A stretch of 64,000 nucleotides of DNA from a virus: positions 109,035 through 173,034 of IMG/VR virus record IMGVR_UViG_3300008952_000006; one strand, written 5' to 3'. Both the position numbers and the translations under genes were made by a program. A model generated the notes under the pieces. That model worked only from the letters and a program-made list of their open reading frames with translations, did no database searches and was not told the origin of the DNA. How positions within the stretch are numbered: position 1 is the stretch's first letter; the number at the start of each line of letters is the position of its first letter. Below are positions 9,003 to 18,300 of the stretch, piece by piece.

Positions 9003-9700
9003 AGAGAGATAAAACAAGCATGCCCCTTCGGTGTTTCCGCGAGGAGCAACCTAAGAACGACAGGAACTTCAACATTGCTCGAGAGTTTGAGTACTTGCTG
9101 GAGAAGGAGAACGCTAAGCCGTGGACACGGAAAATAGGGCATTACCACCCATCCTCAATACGGGGGTGTAAACGGGCAATGTATTACGATAGGATTGGGG
9201 CTGATCCCAAACCTAGAATACACGCAGATCTACGTATGCTGTTTGACATGGGCCACGCTCTCCATGGCATGGTTCAGGAATACCTAGCACAAATAGAAGG
9301 CTTCGAGCCAGAAGTAGCGATTGAGTTCGAACCGCTAAACTTGTACGGCCACTGTGACGGTGTGTTTAGAGCACAGGACTGGGTCTTGGAAATTAAGACT
9401 GTGGGTGAGTCAGTTTACAGAACACTGGTTCAACCTAAAATTGATCACATCTGGCAAATTCATTGCTATATGTTTGCTCTAGACATCCCAAGAACACAGC
9501 TGCTCTATGTTAACAGAGCAACCGGAGCAACCCGCTTATTCAAGGTTACTTTTTCAAATGACATATGGGACCAGATAGTAAGTATTATTAATTATGTAGA
9601 GGGATTTGTTAAAAAAGAGACACCTCCCCCGCAAGAGATAAGCAAGTGGACCTGCCGATCCTGCAAGTTTTATCATATATGCGAACCAAGTTTTGACTAA
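8999..9700 (+). CDS. Cas4/RecB-like PD-(D/E)XK exonuclease (Fe-S cysteines)
   Basis: HPSSIRGCKR, GHALH, GHCDG, LEIKT, QIHCYM and C-terminal CRSCKFYHIC. Confidence 0.85.
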   Translation: MKRDKTSMPLRCFREEQPKNDRNFNIAREFEYLLEKENAKPWTRKIGHYHPSSIRGCKRAMYYDRIGADPKPRIHADLRMLFDMGHALHGMVQEYLAQIEGFEPEVAIEFEPLNLYGHCDGVFRAQDWVLEIKTVGESVYRTLVQPKIDHIWQIHCYMFALDIPRTQLLYVNRATGATRLFKVTFSNDIWDQIVSIINYVEGFVKKETPPPQEISKWTCRSCKFYHICEPSFD

Positions 9701-9709
9701 GGAAGAATA

Positions 9710-10273
9710 ATGACACAGGAAAAGAAAGATCTTTTTCTGGCACTTCGGGACACCTTGGAGGAAGACCTCAAAAGAACAGGCTTTAATCCTGACACCAATC
9801 CTCCAGGACGTGAACCCAGGATTAGGGGTTCCGTCGCCGCCCTAAAGGCACCAGAATTAAAGGAAATGTACGACGAGTTCTTAGCATTTTACGACTACAT
9901 CACAGACCAGATAGTTACAGACATAGGCTTTGAAGTAGTCAGCAAAGCAAGGCTTGAGCATGTGCAGGCATCGGTGACCCTCAAGGCTCACGCAGACTCC
10001 TCACTTAAAAATGCCGAACAGCGGAAAGCATTTGTATATAACGACCCGGCCTATCTTGGAGCAAAGAGAGACTACACCTACTTCAAGGGGAAGCTCGCCA
10101 TGCAACAAGAAAGAAGGGATAAGTATAAACGGGCTATGGACCGCATCGGACGAGAGTTGTGGCTTAGAACACAGGATGATAATCCGCAGGAATTCTTTAA
10201 GCCAAATAAACGAATTAAACTACCGGAGCCAGCTTACCAATCAACCTATAAGCGTATTAAAGATGAAGGGTAG
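9710..10273 (+). CDS. Helical protein, possibly a UvsY-like recombination mediator
   Basis: Helical/coiled-coil pattern AEQRKAFVYNDPAY...RDKYKRAMDRIGREL; located near recA-like gene; functional call is inference. Confidence 0.4.
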   Translation: MTQEKKDLFLALRDTLEEDLKRTGFNPDTNPPGREPRIRGSVAALKAPELKEMYDEFLAFYDYITDQIVTDIGFEVVSKARLEHVQASVTLKAHADSSLKNAEQRKAFVYNDPAYLGAKRDYTYFKGKLAMQQERRDKYKRAMDRIGRELWLRTQDDNPQEFFKPNKRIKLPEPAYQSTYKRIKDEG

Positions 10274-10697
10274 CTGTGTGTTCGAAGCAAAAATAACAGT
10301 GCTGCCGCCGTCTGTTAATAAAATGTACGTCTATACAAAGTGGGGCCCCCGACCATCGTCGGCAATGAAAAAGTTCAAAGCAAAGGCAATGGCAGAGCTG
10401 GTAAAACAGGTGCCGTTCGACTCAGAGCCCTTAGATAAAAACTTACCCTACAGACTTAGCTTGGAGTTCTACCTGCCAGCCCTTATAAACAAAGGCTGGC
10501 CGGGTAAGGCAAAAACTAGATACAAAAGAAGAGATGTTTCAAATCTTGTCAAGGTAGTTGAGGATGTTCTTGCCCAATGCCTGGGCGTAGATGATTCATG
10601 CTTCCTCGAAGAGGAGCTGAAGAAGCTTGATGGCGGGATTCATGGGTTTGTGGGGATCAAAATCAAGGTATACGAGCTAATCCAAGAGGATACATAA
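10263..10697 (+). CDS. RusA-like Holliday junction resolvase
   Basis: PPSVNKMY...RRDVSNLVKVVEDVL...GVDDS; start moved to ATG 10263, overlapping the upstream gene end. Confidence 0.8.
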   Translation: MKGSCVFEAKITVLPPSVNKMYVYTKWGPRPSSAMKKFKAKAMAELVKQVPFDSEPLDKNLPYRLSLEFYLPALINKGWPGKAKTRYKRRDVSNLVKVVEDVLAQCLGVDDSCFLEEELKKLDGGIHGFVGIKIKVYELIQEDT

Positions 10698-10698
10698 A

Positions 10699-10986
10699 AT
10701 GACCAATAATAAATTAACCCCCCTAGAGCTTCAGCATATAGTCTGGACAGAGCATGGAAGGCGGATCGCTATCCATCCAAACCCAGAGCAAATACAGGCC
10801 CTTTTACCGTATAAGGTAGACGAAGCTAAAGAGAACCAGTTTAACCATATGCGTGATGAAATCATGCTTTACATAAAGGAACACGAGAATATGTTGTCTT
10901 TACCTTGCAATGGTGATTGTTATCAACACACAGACGGTGTAGTGGTGTTTTGCCACCAACAACTTATGGAGGATCAGTCAGAATGA
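10699..10986 (+). CDS. Hypothetical protein
   Basis: GAGGA RBS; tightly packed; CNGDCYQH...C possible metal site. Confidence 0.7.
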   Translation: MTNNKLTPLELQHIVWTEHGRRIAIHPNPEQIQALLPYKVDEAKENQFNHMRDEIMLYIKEHENMLSLPCNGDCYQHTDGVVVFCHQQLMEDQSE

Positions 10987-11894
10987 CCGCAGCAACAAAA
11001 GTGAAAGTAAAAAAGAAAATGTTTGAGAACCTGGATAGGGCAGAGATTAGAAATCTAGCCATTTTCGGGATGAAGCTATCCCCGCACCAAGCCTATCACC
11101 TAGACTCTAAGCAATTAGTTACCTGGGTGCATGACCGCGCTCTCGAAGTACCGGCAGAAGAAGTCACTGGAGACCGTGGCGTAGACACGAGGTCGTTCTT
11201 AGACGCAGACCTGGAAGCGGTAATCGCTCGACAACGAGAAGAGCGAGAAACTTTTAGGGAAGGCGTTCTGGATTACATCTCTAGACTACGAGAGTTTGTC
11301 AGGGGTGAATCCGAGAAGGAGCCCGGGTGGCCGCCGATTAAAGATGGCACAGAAGAGGTTGTTGTTAAAGACGCAACCCCGCCAAAGGAAAAAGAGCCCG
11401 TAAAGCGACGACGTGGACGACCTCGCAAGACAGAGACCGTCAACAACAAGACGCCGCAAAAGGCTGCCCCGAAAGCTAAGGTGACCCCTAAAGTTGCCCC
11501 TGCTCCTGCGGCTACGGCGAAGCCAAAGAAGAAGATCAAGAAAACAAAGTTCGGTACAAAGGCGGAGCCAACGGTTGTCGCGCAAGTAAGTGAATCGAAC
11601 CAAACAGAAGTATTAGAGGCTATTAAAGTTCTCGAGACCCAAGTAACAGAAATCACACAAACCATTAAAGACATCAGTGCCTTTACCGATGGTTTGGCTA
11701 GTGGAATTAAAGACGGGTTTGAGAGAATGAACGAGCAAGTAACTGCTATTCGTGCGGAACAAACGGCAGCACATAACCTCCTGGGTAATGCGCTCTTGTT
11801 CTTGATGAATTCTGCTATATTCGAGCAAGGTGAGGAAAAGGCTGATCTGGCCGCGATACCTGAGCCGAGCGTCTATTTAGATATAGAAGAATAA
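10983..11894 (+). CDS. Putative DNA-binding protein (AT-hook, K/A/P-rich linker, coiled coil)
   Basis: KRRRGRPRK AT-hook; histone-H1-like KAAPKAKVTPK tract; start moved to ATG 10983 after GGAGGA. Confidence 0.65.
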   Translation: MTAATKVKVKKKMFENLDRAEIRNLAIFGMKLSPHQAYHLDSKQLVTWVHDRALEVPAEEVTGDRGVDTRSFLDADLEAVIARQREERETFREGVLDYISRLREFVRGESEKEPGWPPIKDGTEEVVVKDATPPKEKEPVKRRRGRPRKTETVNNKTPQKAAPKAKVTPKVAPAPAATAKPKKKIKKTKFGTKAEPTVVAQVSESNQTEVLEAIKVLETQVTEITQTIKDISAFTDGLASGIKDGFERMNEQVTAIRAEQTAAHNLLGNALLFLMNSAIFEQGEEKADLAAIPEPSVYLDIEE

Positions 11895-11924
11895 CTGCCC
11901 GTACCCTCCTTCGGGCCAGCAGGT

Positions 11925-11969
11925 GACCCCTTGTATGCGTATTACTACGCATATAGGGGGTCTTTTTTT
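11925..11969 (+). terminator. Rho-independent terminator of the replication operon
   Basis: GACCCCTTGTATGCGTA-TTAC-TACGCATATAGGGGGTC, 17-bp stem including G-U pairs, followed by T7. Confidence 0.85.
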
Positions 11970-12082
11970 ACCCCCAAAAAGTGCAAAAATAGACCCCTTT
12001 TTAGGGATAAGAATGATGAAGGAAGGGTTGTGTATCTCTCCCCCTTCACCTTTTCTCACAGATACACAGGGAGAAACTAAAA

Positions 12083-12298
12083 ATGGCTATTTCAATTTTC
12101 AAAAAGCAGACCAAAAAACCAAACCAGATTGAACAATTCGGGAAGGCAGTGGGGGGCCAAGTAGCGGTGATGATCGCCGCTAGCGCGGTATTGACACTGA
12201 TCGATACAGGGGTGTCCTTCGCTAGCCAAAAGGTAAACGACCTTAGGGCGAAGCGAGCGGCGGCTAAGGCCGAAGAGGCTGCTCCGACTGCTGCGTAA
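12083..12298 (+). CDS. Small protein with one hydrophobic segment, in a stand-alone transcription unit
   Basis: GGGAG RBS; AVGGQVAVMIAASAVLTLI; flanked by two terminators. Confidence 0.7.
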   Translation: MAISIFKKQTKKPNQIEQFGKAVGGQVAVMIAASAVLTLIDTGVSFASQKVNDLRAKRAAAKAEEAAPTAA

Positions 12299-12315
12299 GC
12301 AGCAAGTCGAGAAAG

Positions 12316-12347
12316 TAGGGGACGCGAAAGCGTACCCCTATTTTTTT
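12316..12347 (+). terminator. Rho-independent terminator at the convergence of the two genome arms
   Basis: TAGGGGACGC-GAAA-GCGTACCCCTA hairpin with GNRA loop, followed by T7. Confidence 0.85.
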
Positions 12348-15300
12348 AGCTAAGGTTGAGCCAATGACTGGTTGGGCCAACTACCGGAAAGGCAGTCTCG
12401 TTGTGGTAACCAGTTCCAGTTCCAGCGCCGCCAGTGATAGCATCTATATAACCACCACCTACTTCGGAAGAGATAGCCTCATTTAACAAGCCCATAGCGG
12501 CGACATACCTTTCAGGACTGTCTGGGACTCCGGCCCAACCTGCACCGTTGAAAACGGTAAGCTGAGTCCAGTGGCTTCCGCCACCGAAGAAAAGAGGCTT
12601 GCCCCCTAGCTCACCAATCAAAGTCAGACCGCTATACCCTTCTGGTTGGCTAAACGCCCACGAAAGAGCTATCCCCGGTGGGCTCCAAGATACACCAAAG
12701 TCCTGTCCGCCGCGAGAGAGGTCTTCGCTATAATTCCCTGGAAGGTCGTGCTTCGTGTAGAAACCGTGCACCTCGCCAGCGGGGCCTGTCCACGACTCAT
12801 CACCGTCTGTAGCGTACATGGAGTAGTTATTTCCAGTAAAGACGGCACCACCACCGCTGACCTTGGGCCTCGCGAGGCCTCCCTTAAATTGGTTAGCCGA
12901 GACAACAGCGTAAGCCCCACGAGCAGTAAAGGGCTGAATAATCCCCCCCTGATCCGTGCCCTGCTTACCAATTGCAGCGCCAGTGTACGAAATATTACTT
13001 GTATAAATTATTCCGGTAGTAAACGCCCTAAACCACGTGATACCCCTGTAGAGGCCGCTTAAGTCAGCCAATTGGTCATAGTCTTCTAACCGGCCCTCAT
13101 ACCATTTATTGGCATAAACCATGTTCCCTGTGACGATTGGATTCTGGATGTCGGGATACTCCTCAGTTGAGTGATCCCAGAACGTACTCACAAGAGTATT
13201 GTTCGCTAGACGAAGGCTATCAATGTCTAAGGGTAGTAGATTTCCGTCTTCATGATGGGCGTTGTTGTAGAAGATGCTCCCACTCCAACCCTCCATCCAT
13301 ACGCCCTTCATAAGGCCCAGGTTCTCACCCCAGACACCTACGTTCTCGAAGTTTGCCGATAACTGCCCATCGTCGCCCGCCCGCTCAGGGAAGTAACCCC
13401 ACTCAAACGGATCAACAAAGGGTCTCTGATCGGGCTGGTAGGGGATTGTAGAGTTATTCCCCGCTGCCCCGTTAGCCAAAGGCAACTGGTTGACGTTATA
13501 AGTAAACTTCTGATCGTACCCAGCACTGTCGTCAGGATCATACGCCCGTTCCCAAATAAGCTTATTGCCCTCGATAATGGCCCCAGTCATAAGTCCGAAT
13601 AGTTCCATGTGGCCACCGTAGCCAAAGGTAAACCCGTGCCCACCATTCCAGTGCTCTCGACCATTCGCCATATCGTTATTTGTAATTCTTAAGCCTTGAC
13701 AATCTTGCGCAACAATAAGGCGAACACCTTGGTTGCCATCAATTGTTGATTGGTGCGCCCTATTTAGGGCAATCATCGGTCCCCAGTGCTCCAACGGACT
13801 GTCGGTACTACTCGTGCTGTAGTTCTCCATCGCATTAGCAGCGACTCCGCTGTATGGGTCAACTATCGCGTACGAATTCTTATTAGCGAACTGGTTGTTT
13901 TTTATCTGTGTGTGGGACCCTCCTGCTATCGCATTGGAGGTCAAGCCGATCCAGCCCGAAAAATCAATGCGTCTGGTTACGCCAATCTTCCAGTGGTAGA
14001 GACCGTTACCGCTCATATCCGCACTGGTATTGGAACGTCCTGTGGGGCCGCCAAGCAGTTCATCATATACGGTTGCGTTATGGAAAATGCCGCCGACAGC
14101 TGTGTTGCCCGTGATGTCAAACATCCAACCAGCAGTCTTAATGACAGATCCTTGCATGTTATTACCGCTAATGGTGCAATTGTTGGGGCCGCCTATCAAG
14201 GGCTCACCCACGCCACCGTCAGGGCCGACCTCGTCATCTTTCTTGCCAAACCCTACCTGGATCCCACCCTCTTCATTATTTATGGCTGCACCTACGTGGT
14301 TATCGCTTATGATGCAGTGCATCGGAGTGCCGCCAAAACGGATACGGCCCCCAGAATAAAGACCGTAACGACCGACAAACTGTGAGTTCCATGTACCAGC
14401 ATTTGGGATCAGGGTGTGCGTTAGATCATTACCAGACACGGTCACGTTATGGTACATGGAGTACCCGCCGTGTGGGTCTATGTCAGACCCAACCATGATG
14501 TTTCCACCATTGGTCCGATTATTGGTGATACGCACATTGTTCAAGCCTTGGAAGGCTCCGCCGTACCCATTGTAGTCTAAAATAATCGAACCACCCATCT
14601 TGGTAACGGGCAACATGAAATCATCAAACCACTTGTCATCCTTTTGGTGGAGCGCTGTATTGAGAGGATTAGCGGCAAAATTGTTATCACTAATAGTGTG
14701 TCCTGTAGAGTCTAAACCCTCACCGCTAAAGATAATATCTAGGCCGTTAAAATTATTCCCTTGGGTTACCCCGTCTATCGACTCGCATTGACCGGCAACA
14801 GCAGAGCCGGTACCCCCACCATCCGTAGTGAAAAAACGATACATGTAGTCGGGCCAAGCGCCCCAAATATTATTTGTGACCCGGACGCGGGTGTTTGTTG
14901 TAGTTGGCGCATTACCCTGAGTTCCGATGAGCGGCTTGCAGGCAAAGACATTCCCATCAATGTTTACATCGTGTAGGTCATACCCATGAACAGAATAGTC
15001 CGTGAACCGAAACCCATTCGGATAATGTTTTGCAGGGGCGGGGGTTGCGCCGCTGTTCTGCCGCTCAACGGCATCCTCTGTGTTGCCAGAAACTACTGAC
15101 GCTGCAGCGTGGAACAACCTCAAGAAGCTATGACCTGCCACACAAGACGTTGAGTTGTCGGTAATTATAATATTGTTACCTACGTCATCATCTAAAAAGT
15201 ACATTGGGGCCCCGAAATGGTTCGGAGAAAGTATCCTACCAGCGCCCCAACAATCAATGACATGATGAGGATACTCTTCCGAAGACGGGTTGGCTTGGTT

Positions 15301-18300
15301 CCAGTTTGGTCCATGATCTACACGGACAAACTTATTGCCTTTGATAAGAGTGTCTGCGCCAACAGTCTGAATGGCAGGCGCAGCACCATACCGGGTGATT
15401 AGGGCCATAGTGTCCTGCGGCTCCCACACATCTTTGTATGGTGCCGATTGTTCAATACGATCAACAGCCCACTCCTTAAACACACAGTCTGTAATGGTTA
15501 TCCCGCCCCACTGCCTGCCTATGTTAATGGGTGCCCAGTCGCTGATAGAGTGCCAAATAATCCCCTGGCGGTACTGTTTAGTAAAAGTAGAGTTGGCAAT
15601 AGTGCCAAAGCTAGGTTGGAGGCCATCCACACCTGCTGGCATCACGCCGCCAAAATAGGCGGGGAGGTTTGCGGGGAAGCCGTTTACCCAGCACTCCCTT
15701 GTGTACCACCAGTCTTGGTGGCGGGCGCAAACCCCTGTGAGGAACCCCTGCACCATGCAGTTATCAACTTTAAAGTTAGCGCAGCCTGTCAAATGGATGG
15801 CATTAGAGAACTTATACTCGATACTATAATCAGGAGAGCCATCCAAATTGTCGCGAGACGATGCAAAACAGTCCTCAATAACCACATTAGTGTGGTACCC
15901 CGGCGAAGTGAGTCCAGAGCCATCTAGCCGGTCTGCAGAGACAGACTCTATCGTAACAAACGTATTTGATATATGGGTAGCAGAACAATCACGGATGGTG
16001 AGATTATCAAAATTAGGATAATCAACGTGGAAGAGAAAACCAGAACCGCCTGTTAAATGGACATTCTCAATCAAGATGTTTCTGCTAGAGTTAGAACGGA
16101 AGATGGTCTCTGGAAATGTATTCTCTGCCGCGTACCAAAAAGCCAAGCCAGGACGGTCGCCATCCTCTAAGGGCCCACCTGCTATGTAGTCCTCTGGTGT
16201 AGCCGTTCTATTGATAAATAGGTTACACCCAGGCATGTTTGCATACCACGTAGTTGGATCACCATAATCGTAAGCAATATCCCTGTTTATTGCGATATTT
16301 TGTGCCGCAGTGAGGTTGCTGCCAAGCCACGTAAAAGAGAGGTCGCGAAAAACCAACCCACTCTTACCGTTGAGATCGATAAGGTTTTGCTCCGGTGACC
16401 CCGAAGCGTCCGACCAGCCAGAGCCCCCACCTTCCCCAGTGCCAATGTCGGGATTTCCCCACATAACTATAGGGTACTGGTTCGTATCGTCAGGTCTCGG
16501 GGCTTGGGCCCGCCCAATGACCGTAAGACCGTTTGCGGGAACCCTGAAGGGGTACGAGAGCCCTCTCTTTGCGGCGTCGGCCATCGTAAACCCTGCGACC
16601 CAATCACTGGGCCACTCGAACGTGTGGCTAATAACCTCAATGGTCCAGTAGCGCTGCAGGATCTCCACATCATTTTTAATCACGCTGTCTCTTAGGGTTT
16701 CCCAAACCCCTATAGCGGCGAAGGCTTCGCCAAGGGTCTCGAAGTGCACAATCTGATTTGGGTAGTCTCCTGCAGCGGTTTGGCCAGCAGGAAAGGGATG
16801 GTAGTCGCCAGTTCTCCCGACGTAAATATTACCACGAGTGTCCTCTCTCGAAATCCGCTGACGGCAATCAATGACGGTCTCAATCGTTGTCGCCGCAGCG
16901 TTGTAAACAACCTGACAGACAGGGACGGTCCATGGGTTATCCCAAATGTTCCATCCAGCGGGAACAGCGCCCAGGGCGGCGACGTCCATAAGGCGGTATC
17001 TCCCTACGTAGTCTCCTGTGCCGTCGTTATTATCAAAATGGAAGAACAAAATGTAAGTACCAGATGCGACCAATTCGTTACCAAGGCTTAGTCTTGTCTC
17101 TGGTTGGTAGATCTTTGCGCCGCCCTTAACAAACCACGCCTCACCAATATCTATATCATCTGTGCCCTGAGCAACTCCGCCGCCATAAGTGGTGCCGAAG
17201 CGGTCTTGGTCTTTCTCGGACCAGGAGATATGAGCGCCGTGCAGAATCCCGTTTGAGAGCGCACCAAAGTTGCTTGCTGCCTGACCGGTGCCGCTGTAAT
17301 CTGTCCCCGTGTTGATGGGGTCACCGGGAATGTAAGAGCCTAACTTGAGTGCCTCAAGGGCCTCCATTAAGGCAGGCTGCCTATCGACGGAGCTATTAAA
17401 TGTATTTAGTTCCTTGGGCATTCCTCGGTAATCAAACGCCCGAGCATTGGCGTAATTTGTATTGAACCCGTAGCTATAACCATTAGGCGCTTTGGCGGAG
17501 TCCACCCATTTTTGGTGGTCGTCATAGCCAGTGAGGGGAATACCACAGTGGTCCCCAACCATCTGAAAGTCGGACTTCCAGGACCACGCGTTTGTATTCT
17601 CATCGAAGAAAGTGAGGGGCTTCTGCTCTGTCGCAGGCACGGCATTGATGCGCTGATCGTAAGATGACCGCCCCCATTCCAAGCTGATCCGGGTCAGCAT
17701 GTATGCGCCCGTGGCCCGGTCAAAACCATCAATCAGGCGAATAGATCTCTCAGGAACAGCGTCTGAATGAAACTGGAAAAGTTTCTGGTCCCCTGTAATG
17801 TCTTCCTGAAAAAACACAGTGATTGGGCGTTCGTTGTCTGTGTAGCCAATCTCGTTTCCTGTGCCCTCTGCGCCGCGCTGATATTGATTAGCCGCGTAAT
17901 CATTATGATAAACAGCGTTTAAACCATCTGTTGGCGTGAAGGTATTGGTCTTACCCTCGCTCAAGTTTCCGCTTAGGATGAGCGCCACCTTGTACTCGTT
18001 AACCCCCGCATTTAAGGAAACGGTTGATAGGTAGCCATTGGCGTTAAGGTTTCCTAGGGTTTCGTCAACAATTAACTGGTTGTCATCAATAAAGGTCCGA
18101 TCCCTATTTGCGCCAGATAACTCAGGTAGGACATGACTAAGAACAACGTAATTACCGCTTACGCTAACAATTAGTCCCATCGCGTCCGCGTTCGACCCAG
18201 GCCCTGTCTTTTCAAGGAATATCTGCTGACCTATCGAAAGGCCCTCGCCGCCAAATTGGTTGTCACAGGCATCCTCAAAAGATACACCTGTTGCAGTTGT

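Noticed and set aside
8999-9700. Cas4-like gene as evidence of a CRISPR-Cas system
   Set aside because: No repeat-spacer array or other cas genes were seen; solo Cas4-like nucleases are common in phage replication modules
10011-10262. ORF-track N-terminal extension of the RusA-like gene (similar cases at 6133, 10917, 24341, 52153 and 53477)
   Set aside because: Most of these extensions overlap upstream genes, and downstream starts have better RBS or translational coupling
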